From Minisyncoccota bacterium (GTDB taxonomy: Bacteria; Patescibacteriota; Minisyncoccia; UBA6257; 2-01-FULL-56-20): a stretch of 64,000 nt of DNA. Within the stretch, counting starts at the first letter, position 1. Every line of letters starts with the position of its first letter. The translations under genes were made by a program, and so were the position numbers. Where the stretch lies: NCBI GenBank assembly GCA_035509435.1, contig DATJLR010000002.1, forward strand, positions 5,774-69,773, in the 5' to 3' direction. Positions 25,859 through 34,458 of the stretch are shown here, piece by piece. Under the pieces are notes generated by a model. That model had not been told where the DNA came from, searched no databases, and worked only from the letters and a program-made list of their open reading frames with translations.

Positions 25859-26436
25859 TCCATTATTTTTAATAAGTTCAAATCTTTCAGTTTTGCTGTG
25901 AGTTCGTCCGCGCCTTCGAAAAGAATCCCTTTTATGCCTACTGCTTCCGCGCCGCGTATATTCGAAGCGCCGTCGTCTATAAAAATGGCCTTTTGGGGTT
26001 CTACGTCCAGCGTGGTGAGGACAGCTCGAAAAATTTCAGCACTCGGCTTCGTATGGCCGACCTCGGAAGAAATGACGATTGCGTCAAAATATTTGATCAG
26101 GCCATTCTCGCCTAAAATTCTCCTTAAAAGGGTTGCGCTCGCGTCAGAGAGAAGGCCGATCTTGTAACGCTCTTTTAATGTCTTGATGATGTCGATAACC
26201 TTCGTGTTGATCATCCTCATCTCGTCCAACTCTTTCTCGATTTCGCCGTTCGGGATGCCGCTTCGCTTGGAGAGCGTCTCGATATATGCTTTTTCGGGTG
26301 CGAGGCCAAGATCCACTTTCTCGCCGATCTCTCGATACAGCGCCCCCGGATCTTTGATGTGATGTTTTTCAGTCCAGGTCTTGTGGAGATCGGGACAGAT
26401 GACGCCGAAAAAATCAAATATGACGGCTTCGATCAT
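25843..26436 (-). CDS. HAD-superfamily hydrolase (subfamily IA-like)
   Basis: Motif I IFDFFGV (DxD), motif II LLSDAS, motif III/IV K...FIDDGASN. Confidence 0.85.
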   Translation of the reverse strand: MIEAVIFDFFGVICPDLHKTWTEKHHIKDPGALYREIGEKVDLGLAPEKAYIETLSKRSGIPNGEIEKELDEMRMINTKVIDIIKTLKERYKIGLLSDASATLLRRILGENGLIKYFDAIVISSEVGHTKPSAEIFRAVLTTLDVEPQKAIFIDDGASNIRGAEAVGIKGILFEGADELTAKLKDLNLLKIMDQPLG

Positions 26437-26530
26437 AGGCTGATTGTATCATACGATTTAATTCGCCGCCGGGCTTAATCCTAAGTGCAGAAAAAAGATA
26501 AAGGCAGGAACCGAAGTTCCTGCCTTGTCA

Positions 26531-27025
26531 TCACTCCCACTCGCCGTAGTTATCACGGTTCGCGAGGGCGCGTTGGATCCTTTCCTTCCGCCTACGAAAG
26601 CCCGGATGCGGAGGAAGCGCCTTCCATGCTTCCTCCATGGTGATGTTGTTCTGCTTGGAAAGCCGCCATGCCGCCTGGTAGCATCGACGGCAAACTTGGA
26701 GCAGGCCGATCCGTTTCATCCTGCGCTCGTCAACACTTTTTGGTAAGCGCCTCCGGCATCGGGGACACGGCAGCGCCTTCTCCCGGCGTGGATATCTCCG
26801 TGGCGGTTTCATTGTAAAAACCGACAAAGAGTGATGATTCACGCCGAGGCGGTTCGCTTCGTAGTGGAGGTCCGCGTAGCAGGTATTACAGAGTTTTGCG
26901 CCGTTCACAGCGCGTGTCCGCCGGGGGACAAGTTCGTTCGTGCACCACGGCGCTTCGCATCGGGCCATACATTCCTCCTTCCGGTTTCCGCGACCATTAT
27001 GCCTGCCGCGCAGCATAAAAGTCAA
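26531..27025 (-). CDS. Hypothetical basic protein with two CxxC...CxxC zinc-ribbon motifs
   Basis: CEAPWC...CNTCYADL and CPRCRRRL...CRRCYQAAW. The start may be the Met at 26968 (MARCEAPWC). Confidence 0.45.
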   Translation of the reverse strand: MTFMLRGRHNGRGNRKEECMARCEAPWCTNELVPRRTRAVNGAKLCNTCYADLHYEANRLGVNHHSLSVFTMKPPRRYPRREKALPCPRCRRRLPKSVDERRMKRIGLLQVCRRCYQAAWRLSKQNNITMEEAWKALPPHPGFRRRKERIQRALANRDNYGEWE

Positions 27026-27338
27026 AGCGGGTTTTTGTGAAGGGCATCCGCGGCCGTTCGCGGCGATAGCCCGTCACGAGGTCGAAGAATCCCTTGCAGT
27101 GCTTGTTCGCGAGATAGATGCAGTGGGAGAGGTCAATCCCTTCCGCCTCGCCGAGACGCGTGAGCGCCGCCGCTTGTTCCGGCGACACCTCGCTCACGAT
27201 CTTTTCCCAAGCAAGCTTGCCCCCTTTAAATTTGTGGATGAGGATGCTTCCCTCGACTTCCTGAATGAGGATCTCCGGGTTGCCGATAAGCAAACTCCAC
27301 GATTTGTTTCCCGGCAGGATATATTTCTCGTATTCCAT
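26997..27338 (-). CDS. Hypothetical protein
   Basis: ORF 26997..27428. The Met at 27338 (MEYEKYILPG...) was chosen. Overlaps the downstream zinc-ribbon ORF. No homology is recognised. Confidence 0.35.
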   Translation of the reverse strand: MEYEKYILPGNKSWSLLIGNPEILIQEVEGSILIHKFKGGKLAWEKIVSEVSPEQAAALTRLGEAEGIDLSHCIYLANKHCKGFFDLVTGYRRERPRMPFTKTRFDFYAARQA

Positions 27339-27625
27339 AACGGCTCCTTTTCGGTTAGCGGATCGTTTGAAATAAAAAACACCATGCACAAGCGGTGTTT
27401 TCAGGCGTAGGTTCCTTATGAACAGCACATCATCGTTCCCGTGCGGGTTGGAAGCACCTTACTGTAGAAGCAGGTTGCTGGAGCGTCGTAGGGCCAAATC
27501 CCTCGGCTCACTCTTGATAATATTCTGTTCTCAAGGAGCGATAAAATAATAGTAGGACGGTCAGAGGAGTGTGTCAATATAACCGGAAGCGGCACTCTTC
27601 TGTTTAAATGGACGGATCTTGTTCT

Positions 27626-27654
27626 TGACTTGTGGCGATCTATGACGTATAACA
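27626..27654 (+). promoter_or_regulatory. Sigma70-like promoter TTGACT - 17 nt - TATAAC
   Basis: Followed by RBS GGGAGG and the ATG at 27688. Confidence 0.5.
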
Positions 27655-27687
27655 ATCCCAGCGGTAAGAAAGGATCGGGAGGAAATA

Positions 27688-27933
27688 ATGGTAAGACTGC
27701 AGGTAACGAGCACTGGGACCAAGGTTCTGATCGACGGACAGGACTTCGGTCGCATATGTGAAGATCGCGGCTTTTATGTCAACCCGCCGGATGTTCGCAC
27801 GTTCATGCGGATCTCCCCGGAAGATCTCCGGGAAATTGCCACTTTGGCGGAAGAGGCGATGCGCAAGAAGCGTGTAGGGAAAGCGGTTGCCGAAGCGGCC
27901 CGAAACGGCGATATCCGAGCAGTGATAGGATAA
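27688..27933 (+). CDS. Hypothetical small protein (81 aa)
   Basis: Good promoter and RBS, and a terminator-like hairpin downstream. No homology is recognised. Confidence 0.45.
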   Translation: MVRLQVTSTGTKVLIDGQDFGRICEDRGFYVNPPDVRTFMRISPEDLREIATLAEEAMRKKRVGKAVAEAARNGDIRAVIG

Positions 27934-27942
27934 GAGGGCGCC

Positions 27943-27980
27943 CGTCACGGCCGTCCGGGAGCATATTCCGGGCGGCCTTT
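27943..27980 (+). terminator. Putative intrinsic terminator (GGCCGTCCGGG...CCGGGCGGCC then TTTTCATTT)
   Basis: Imperfect GC-rich hairpin followed by a T-rich tract. Confidence 0.4.
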
Positions 27981-27984
27981 TCAT

Positions 27985-28014
27985 TTGACTCCGCTCGCTG
28001 CGGCGTGCTATACT
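27985..28014 (+). promoter_or_regulatory. Putative secE-nusG promoter TTGACT - 18 nt - TATACT
   Basis: Lies ~55 nt upstream of the secE start. Confidence 0.4.
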
Positions 28015-28070
28015 CGTGATACCTCCCAACCGCGAGTATAGCGGTATTTTAATTAGAAAAACCGGCAAAA

Positions 28071-28259
28071 ATGTTTTCACGCATAGGAAAATTTTTCAGT
28101 GAGGCACGGACGGAGCTCCGTCACGTAAACTGGCCCACCCGCCAGGAAGCGACCCGGCTCACGCTCATCGTCATCGGGATGTCGCTCGGCCTCGCGCTGT
28201 ATCTGGGCGCCTTTGATTATCTTTTCTCGTTCTTGATAAAGAATTTTATTTTGGCGTAA
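28071..28259 (+). CDS. secE: Preprotein translocase subunit SecE
   Basis: VNWPTRQEATRLTLIVIGMSLGLALYLG gives the conserved SecE C-terminal TM. Small size, upstream of nusG. Confidence 0.85.
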   Translation: MFSRIGKFFSEARTELRHVNWPTRQEATRLTLIVIGMSLGLALYLGAFDYLFSFLIKNFILA

Positions 28260-28281
28260 TATTGTATTAACAGGGGAAGCT

Positions 28282-28857
28282 ATGGCACTTAACCATCCGC
28301 ACTCAAGCACGCAAAACGAAAAGCCGGCCGTCCGCCAGTGGTACGCCGTGCAGACGTATTCGGGCTACGAAGAGGCGGTCGCGCGCTATCTCAAACAGCG
28401 CGTGGAATCGCTCACGATGGGCGACAAGATATTCAACATCCTCGTCCCCAAGGAGAAAAAGATCAAAGTGAAGGCCGGCAAGCGCACGACCGTCGAGGAG
28501 AAGATCTATCCGGGCTATGTGCTCGTGGAGATGATCCTCACGGAGGATTCGTGGTACGTCGTCCGCAACACGCCGCGCGTGACCGGGTTCGTCGGTCCCG
28601 ACAACACGACGCCGACGCCGCTCTCCAAAGAAGAGGTGGACTTCCTTCTCGCGCGCACGGGCGAAGGCGACGGGAACAAGATGGTCCTTGACTTGAAGGT
28701 GGGCGATCTGGTAAAAATAACCGACGGTCCGTTCAAGGAATACGACGGCAAGATCGCCGAAGTGAACGAAGAGAAGGGCAGCATCAAGGTTTTGGTGCCC
28801 ATCTTCGGCCGCGACACCGCCGTGGAGCTGGATTCGCTCCAAGTGCGGAAGGTCTAG
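28282..28857 (+). CDS. nusG: Transcription termination/antitermination factor NusG
   Basis: NGN domain (WYAVQTYSGYEE) and KOW motif (GDLVKITDGPFKEYDGKI). Confidence 0.95.
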   Translation: MALNHPHSSTQNEKPAVRQWYAVQTYSGYEEAVARYLKQRVESLTMGDKIFNILVPKEKKIKVKAGKRTTVEEKIYPGYVLVEMILTEDSWYVVRNTPRVTGFVGPDNTTPTPLSKEEVDFLLARTGEGDGNKMVLDLKVGDLVKITDGPFKEYDGKIAEVNEEKGSIKVLVPIFGRDTAVELDSLQVRKV

Positions 28858-28907
28858 CAACCAGCAAACCCAGTAACCAGGTCACCCAGTAACGAATTAC
28901 AAGAACC

Positions 28908-29126
28908 ATGCCTCCCATCACCACATCCCAGCAGTGCTTTTTCTGCTCGCAGAACTTAAAGAACATCGACTACAAGGAGATCGACCTCTTGCGCCGGTTC
29001 GTTTCGAGCCAGTCAAAGATCATCGACCCACGCCACACGCACATTTGCGCGAAGCACCAGCGCAAGCTCGCCACCGCGATCAAGCAGGCGCGGTTTATGG
29101 GGCTACTTCCCTATATAAGAAAATAA
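28908..29126 (+). CDS. rpsR: 30S ribosomal protein S18
   Basis: CFFC...IDYKEIDLLRRFVS...CAKHQRKLATAIKQARFMGLLPY. Confidence 0.9.
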   Translation: MPPITTSQQCFFCSQNLKNIDYKEIDLLRRFVSSQSKIIDPRHTHICAKHQRKLATAIKQARFMGLLPYIRK

Positions 29127-29165
29127 CAACGAGGGCCGATGCGACGTCGGCCCTTTTTGTTTTGC
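29127..29165 (+). terminator. Intrinsic terminator (GAGGGCCGATGCGACGTCGGCCCTTTTTGTTTT)
   Basis: GC stem GGGCCGA...TCGGCCC followed by a T-run, immediately after rpsR. Confidence 0.65.
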
Positions 29166-29183
29166 GTGCTATAATAGAAAAAT

Positions 29184-29720
29184 ATGTTTTTACTCGACGA
29201 GAAGGTCTTCCAGTTCCTCTACGCGTCCGGGCACCATAACGCGTTCTGGAACGTGCTTGCGATATTTTTCGCCCAGTGGATGCCGTATCTGCTCTGCGCC
29301 GCATTTCTGTTGCTCGTCTATTATCAAAAAGGATGGCGCCGGAGGGTATATCTTTTTTGCGAGGGCATGCTTGCCATCATCCTGGCGCGCGGGATCGTCA
29401 CGGAGGTGATCCGCTATTTCTATCACGAGCCGCGCCCGTTCTCGTTCTACGGGTTCGCGCCGCTCTTCAACGAGACCGGATGGTCGTTCCCATCCGCGCA
29501 CGCCGCGTGGTTCTTCGCGCTCGCGCTTGTGGTCTTCTTCGCCAATCGCAAATGGGGATGGTGGTTTCTCGGGCTTTCGATACTGATGGGACTCGCGCGG
29601 ATCTACGCCGGCGTCCACTGGCCGATCGACATCGTGGGCGGCGCGGCAGTGGGTCTCGCGTGCGCGTGGTTCGTCCACTGGATGCTTAAAGGGAGCAGGC
29701 GGGGATTGGAACAGGCATGA
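29184..29720 (+). CDS. PAP2-family phosphatase (undecaprenyl-diphosphatase/phosphatidic acid phosphatase-like)
   Basis: KxxxxxxRP (YHEPRP), PSGH (SFPSAHA) and SRxxxxxHxxxD (ARIYAGVHWPIDIVGG) motifs. Polytopic. Confidence 0.85.
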   Translation: MFLLDEKVFQFLYASGHHNAFWNVLAIFFAQWMPYLLCAAFLLLVYYQKGWRRRVYLFCEGMLAIILARGIVTEVIRYFYHEPRPFSFYGFAPLFNETGWSFPSAHAAWFFALALVVFFANRKWGWWFLGLSILMGLARIYAGVHWPIDIVGGAAVGLACAWFVHWMLKGSRRGLEQA

Positions 29721-30463
29721 AGCTTATCTCGCTCAACACATGGGCGGGCCGCGGCGGTAACAGGGAGCTTTTGGATTTTTTCGCGCGGAATAAGGGTACG
29801 ACAGACATTTTTTGTTTGCAGGAAATTTGGGAAGGCGGCCATGAGAAAAAAGATATGTGGGGCCCTAACGTGGATTCGCTGCTGTATACCCACCTGAAGG
29901 AAGTCCTTGATGGATATAATTCATTTTTCTATCCGCACTTTTTCGGATTTTTCGGATTAGCGATATTCGTTAAGAAGGAAATCAACATTTTAGAAGAGGG
30001 AGAAGAATTTGTTTTTAAGGGTCGTGAGAACATGTTCGATAATATAGATGCCAAAAACGGTGCGCGTAACTTGGAATATGTGAAGATCGACACGCCCGCA
30101 GGAATTCGGGTGATCGTGAATTTTCATGGGCTTTGGAATGGCATCAGTAAGGAAGACACAGAAGATCGTTTTCGACAGGCGGAGAATCTCAGGCGTTTTC
30201 TTGATGGCCTCACCGACCCGCATGTCCTTTGCGGGGATTTTAATCTTTTGCCAAATTCAGAAAGCCTCAAATTGATACAGGGATCGAATATGCGCAACCT
30301 GATAAAAGAATTCGGCATTACTTCCACACGTTCCAGTTTCTATAAAAAGGATCAGCGTTTCGCCGATTACACGCTGGTGAGCGAGGGCATCACGGTGAAC
30401 GAGTTCAAAATATTGCCGGACGAGGTCTCGGACCACCTCGCCATGTATCTGGATTTTGAATGA
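29717..30463 (+). CDS. Endonuclease/exonuclease/phosphatase (EEP) family protein
   Basis: ISLNTW...CLQE N-terminal motif. GDFNL and a C-terminal SDH catalytic His. ATGA overlaps on both sides. Confidence 0.85.
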   Translation: MKLISLNTWAGRGGNRELLDFFARNKGTTDIFCLQEIWEGGHEKKDMWGPNVDSLLYTHLKEVLDGYNSFFYPHFFGFFGLAIFVKKEINILEEGEEFVFKGRENMFDNIDAKNGARNLEYVKIDTPAGIRVIVNFHGLWNGISKEDTEDRFRQAENLRRFLDGLTDPHVLCGDFNLLPNSESLKLIQGSNMRNLIKEFGITSTRSSFYKKDQRFADYTLVSEGITVNEFKILPDEVSDHLAMYLDFE

Positions 30464-31674
30464 AACTTGAATTCCCAAAAGGGTTTCTCTGGGGTGCTTC
30501 CACCGCCGCGCATCAGGTGGAGGGCGGAACGCGCAATAATTGGAGCGAGTGGGAGCGGTCGCCTGCGCGCCTGGCACAGCTTGAGCGCGACGGCTTGATC
30601 GCAAAGCATGGCCGCGAGAATTACATCTCCGGCGCGGCGTGCGATCACTATCGTCGCTACCCAGAGGACTTTGCGCTCGCGCGCCAGCTCGGCCATAATG
30701 CCACTCGCATCTCCATCGAATGGTCACGCGTGGAGCCGGAGGAGGGGAAGTTCGACGCTGCGGCGATCGCGCACTATCGGGACGTCATCGCCGCGATCCG
30801 CGCGAACGGCATGGAGCCGTTCGTCACGCTGTGGCACTGGACGGTGCCGCTCTGGTTCCGCCACAGGCACGAGTTCGAGCGCCAGGGGAACGTCCGCTAC
30901 TTCGTGCGCTTTGCGGAAAGGATGGCGCGCGAACTGCCGGACGTAAAATTCTGGATCACGCTGAACGAGCCGGCGGTCTACGCGAACGGACACTATCTGC
31001 GCGGCGACAAGCCGCCGCAGAAGCGCGATCCATTCCTTATGTTCGCGGTATATGAAAATCTCATCCGCGCCCATCGCGCCGCGTATCGTGCGATAAAGGC
31101 GGCACAGCCGGAGGCGCAGGTCGGCATCGCAAAGAATCAGATCTATTACGAGGCGCACAACGGCCGCGCATGGAATCGATTTCTCAAGCGCGCCGCGGAC
31201 TGGGCGTGGAACTTTTATTTTCTGGATCACATACAAGGGGCGCAGGACTTCATCGGCCTCAATCATTACTTTCACAATCGCATCGACGGATGGTTTGGCA
31301 AAAACGAGAACGCGCGCGTGAGCGACATGGGATGGGAGCTCTATCCCGAGGCGATCTACCACGTGCTCGTCGACCTCAAAAAATATAACGTGCCCATCTA
31401 TGTGACCGAGAACGGCCTGGCGGATGCGCGTGACGCGCAGCGCGAATGGTTTTTGCGCGAGACGCTCGCGAACGTTCACCGCGCGATGAGCGATGGCGGC
31501 GTGGACGTGCGCGGCTATCTGCACTGGTCGCTTATGGACAACTTTGAGTGGCAGCACGGTTTCTGGCCGCGCTTCGGCCTCGTCGAGATCGACTACGCTA
31601 CACAGGCGCGGAAGCCGCGCCCGTCGGCGCTGTTCTATAAGAAGGTGTGCGAGGGGAATGCAGTGGAAGGATAA
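30460..31674 (+). CDS. Glycoside hydrolase family 1 (beta-glucosidase-like)
   Basis: FLWGASTAAHQVEGG, acid/base TLNEP, nucleophile YVTENG. Confidence 0.9.
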   Translation: MKLEFPKGFLWGASTAAHQVEGGTRNNWSEWERSPARLAQLERDGLIAKHGRENYISGAACDHYRRYPEDFALARQLGHNATRISIEWSRVEPEEGKFDAAAIAHYRDVIAAIRANGMEPFVTLWHWTVPLWFRHRHEFERQGNVRYFVRFAERMARELPDVKFWITLNEPAVYANGHYLRGDKPPQKRDPFLMFAVYENLIRAHRAAYRAIKAAQPEAQVGIAKNQIYYEAHNGRAWNRFLKRAADWAWNFYFLDHIQGAQDFIGLNHYFHNRIDGWFGKNENARVSDMGWELYPEAIYHVLVDLKKYNVPIYVTENGLADARDAQREWFLRETLANVHRAMSDGGVDVRGYLHWSLMDNFEWQHGFWPRFGLVEIDYATQARKPRPSALFYKKVCEGNAVEG

Positions 31675-31796
31675 TTTTGCGGCTATTTTTATTTTTAAAA
31701 TTGTGATACAATTCCGCTGCGATATGTGTGGCGCATTTATTCTGAAAACAAAAGATTAAAACTTCATAAAATTTTTGTTGACTCACGCAAATTTAT

Positions 31797-32129
31797 ATGG
31801 CAAGATACTGGAACACAAATTATACATCGCCATTGGCAGAAGATCTGCAATTAAAGGTTAGCTTGAAGATTGACAAAGGCAAGGTGGTAAGGTTTTCCGT
31901 GGTGCTGCGAAACAAAATTGGGCCAAGTTGGTATAATATAAAGAGATACGATAACACCAAAAAACACGACTCAAAGCCTCATTGTCATATTTATAAACAA
32001 AATGGAACCCACCACAGGGAATTTATCGGGGACGAAAAAGCGGACCTAGGCCCGATGGTCACCGACGTCATAAAAGATATAACAAAGAATTTCAAAGAGA
32101 TAGTCGAAAACTATAAGTACTCAAAATAA
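31797..32129 (+). CDS. Hypothetical protein in an AT-rich insert
   Basis: 110 aa with strongly reduced GC. Basic/His-rich segment KHDSKPHCHIYKQNGTHHRE. No family is recognised. Confidence 0.4.
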   Translation: MARYWNTNYTSPLAEDLQLKVSLKIDKGKVVRFSVVLRNKIGPSWYNIKRYDNTKKHDSKPHCHIYKQNGTHHREFIGDEKADLGPMVTDVIKDITKNFKEIVENYKYSK

Positions 32130-32130
32130 T

Positions 32131-32391
32131 ATGACCAAATCAGAGATAGTTTCTAAAAACCTGGCTTTATCGGCAGACTTCAATAGTTTTATTTCGACAA
32201 GACCGGACATGATGAAAAAGATCCCGAACAATGCCTTTGTCATCTTTGAAGTAAAGTCCGACAAAAAACTTTCCGACTTTAACAGGGAAATTGTCCGGTC
32301 GAAACCAAAGAAGAATATATTTGTTGCCTGTAAATCTGGGAAGGGGTGGCAAATAGATTCATTCAAAAGCCGTTTCGGAGTTGCGATATAG
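32131..32391 (+). CDS. Hypothetical protein in an AT-rich insert; 1-nt intergenic gap to the upstream ORF
   Basis: 86 aa, same low GC, tightly coupled to 31797..32129. Confidence 0.35.
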   Translation: MTKSEIVSKNLALSADFNSFISTRPDMMKKIPNNAFVIFEVKSDKKLSDFNREIVRSKPKKNIFVACKSGKGWQIDSFKSRFGVAI

Positions 32392-32447
32392 AGCGATTTT
32401 CAAGGGAAATTATGGATGGCTCAGCAGGTGAACGCTGAGCCATTCTT

Positions 32448-34235
32448 TTACCCTCCAAACCCCGTCTGCATCTCGTAGAGGCCGCGATAGACGCCGCCGG
32501 GCTGCTGCATGAGCATGGCGTGGTTGCCCTGCTCTACGATCTCGCCGTTCTTGAGGACCAGGATCAGGTCAACTTCGCGGACGGTGGAGAGCCGGTGGGC
32601 GATGATGAACGTGGTGCGGCCGGCCATCAGCTTCTCGAGAGAGGTTTTGATGAGCTGTTCGGATTTTGCGTCGAGCGCGGACGTCGGCTCGTCGAGCACC
32701 AGAATGTCCGGGTTGCGCAAAAATGCGCGGGCGAGCGCGATGCGCTGCTTCTGGCCGATGGAGAGCTTGACGCCGCGCCAGCCGACGATCGTGCGATATT
32801 TCTTTGGGAACGCCTCTATGAAATCCTGCGCATAGGCGTCGCGGCACGCGGCCACCATCTCGTCGTACGTCTTGCCGGGATTGCCGTAGCGGATGTTCGC
32901 CTCGATCGTGTCGTTGAAGAGCGTCGGCTCCTGCGGAACGATGCCCACGCGCGAGCGGTAGTCCTTGAGATTTATTTTTTTGATGTCCACGCCGTCGATC
33001 AAAATGTGCCCTTTCTGCGGGAAATAAAATCCGGAAAGGAGATCGATGATCGTCGTCTTGCCGACGCCGGATTCGCCGACGAGCGCGATCTTCTGGCCGG
33101 GCCGGGCGTGGAAGGAAATGCCCTTCAGCGTTTCAATGTTGCTCTTGTACGCAAAGCGCACGTCTTTGAATTCCACGTCGCCCTTGATCGTCGTGAGCGA
33201 GATGCCGCCGGTCGGCGTATAGATCTCCACCGGCTGGGAGAGCAGTTTGTCCGCCCGCACGATCGCCACGAGGCCGTTCTGGATCGTCTGCCACTGCTGG
33301 CCAAGGAGGACGAACGGCCCGAGGATCATCGCTGCGTATCCATTGAATGCCACGAGGCCGCCCGGCGTGAGCGTGCCGTTGCGCACGAAGAATATCGAGA
33401 TGACGAAGATCGCGAGCTGGGTGAGCGAGACGAGCATCTTTTGCGCGAACGTGAGGCGCGCGAAGATCGTGTTGAGGTCCACCCAGAACTGCGCGGCGCG
33501 GTGGATGAAGTTGCGGCGGATCTTCGTGCGCTCCTGCTTTTCCGTCGCGGCCTGCTTGATCTCGCGGATGTTGCCGAGCGCGTCGTGCGCGTCGCCGTAC
33601 GCGCGGTTCCACGCGCGGTGCATGCGCTTCTGGAGGCCGGAGAGCCGCGGCACGGCGCTCCACAAAATGCCGGCGTAGACCACGATCGCCGCCAGGAGCA
33701 CGAGTGTCAGCTGCCAGTTGATGAAATAGGTGATGATGAGCGCGACGCCGATGCTCAAAAAGCTCGGCAGGAGGGTGAGCAGGGAATTGCCCACGATCTG
33801 GTCCATCCAGTTCGCCGCGCGGGTGATGCGGTCGCTCGTGTCGCCCTGCTTTTGCATGGTGTGGAAGGCGAGCGGCATCTCAAAAAGCTTGGCGAAACCC
33901 TCCGCCGTGTACTCGGCCTGGAGGAACGTGCTCAGCTTGTCGTTCTGAAATCCGCTCCACCAGCTGATAAAGTTGCTTACGAGCTGCAGGGCGGTCCATA
34001 TCATGAGCAGGTCGATGAACGGCATGAGCACCGCCGCCCGATTTTGGGAGATCGTAATGATCGCGTCAAAGATCTTTCCGGACACGAGCGGGACGAACGC
34101 CTGCGCCGTGGCGTTGAGCAACCCAAAGACGGAGAGCCAGATGAGGATCTTTTTGTACGGACGCAGCTGCCGCGCGATGATCGCGGCGCCATTAAAAAAT
34201 GTGCTCCGGTTGATGCCGGACGGTGAACGTGCCAT
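32448..34235 (-). CDS. ABC transporter, fused permease/ATP-binding exporter (MsbA/ABCB-like)
   Basis: Six TM helices. Walker A GESGVGKTT, signature LSIGQKQRIALARA, Walker B ILVLDEPTSALD. Confidence 0.9.
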   Translation of the reverse strand: MARSPSGINRSTFFNGAAIIARQLRPYKKILIWLSVFGLLNATAQAFVPLVSGKIFDAIITISQNRAAVLMPFIDLLMIWTALQLVSNFISWWSGFQNDKLSTFLQAEYTAEGFAKLFEMPLAFHTMQKQGDTSDRITRAANWMDQIVGNSLLTLLPSFLSIGVALIITYFINWQLTLVLLAAIVVYAGILWSAVPRLSGLQKRMHRAWNRAYGDAHDALGNIREIKQAATEKQERTKIRRNFIHRAAQFWVDLNTIFARLTFAQKMLVSLTQLAIFVISIFFVRNGTLTPGGLVAFNGYAAMILGPFVLLGQQWQTIQNGLVAIVRADKLLSQPVEIYTPTGGISLTTIKGDVEFKDVRFAYKSNIETLKGISFHARPGQKIALVGESGVGKTTIIDLLSGFYFPQKGHILIDGVDIKKINLKDYRSRVGIVPQEPTLFNDTIEANIRYGNPGKTYDEMVAACRDAYAQDFIEAFPKKYRTIVGWRGVKLSIGQKQRIALARAFLRNPDILVLDEPTSALDAKSEQLIKTSLEKLMAGRTTFIIAHRLSTVREVDLILVLKNGEIVEQGNHAMLMQQPGGVYRGLYEMQTGFGG

Positions 34236-34280
34236 AGGACTTATATTATACTATAAAAATCAAAGTCGGGCGAATGCCGT

Positions 34281-34454
34281 TCACGACCGTTCGAGCGCCG
34301 CAAGTTCGCTTTTGAGATTCAGCACGATCGCGCTTTTCTCGTCGTCCGAAAGGTCGGCGAAGATCGATTCCCAGTAGCGCAGTTCGTCCGCTTCCTCGCC
34401 GAGGGCGATGAGCTTTTCCACCACGTCGTGCAGTTCGCGGGCGCGGTCGTCCAT
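34281..34454 (-). CDS. Hypothetical small acidic helical protein (57 aa), apparently translationally coupled to the upstream gene
   Basis: Manual translation MDDRARELHDVVEKLIALGEEADELRYWESIFADLSDDEKSAIVLNLKSELAALERS. The ATG is 4 nt after the stop of the 34459.. ORF. It is below the 60-aa ORF-track cutoff. Confidence 0.3.
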   Translation of the reverse strand: MDDRARELHDVVEKLIALGEEADELRYWESIFADLSDDEKSAIVLNLKSELAALERS

Positions 34455-34458
34455 GCGG

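Noticed and set aside
23460-28010. Integrase or recombinase in the tRNA-adjacent island
   Set aside because: It was looked for on both strands. No tyrosine/serine recombinase-sized ORF or motif (R..H..R..Y) is present, so the element, if any, is degraded or mobilised in trans.
32520-34226. 568-aa plus-strand ORF antisense to the ABC transporter
   Set aside because: Arg/Asp/Glu-rich low complexity. The ABC transporter frame has Walker A/B and signature motifs.
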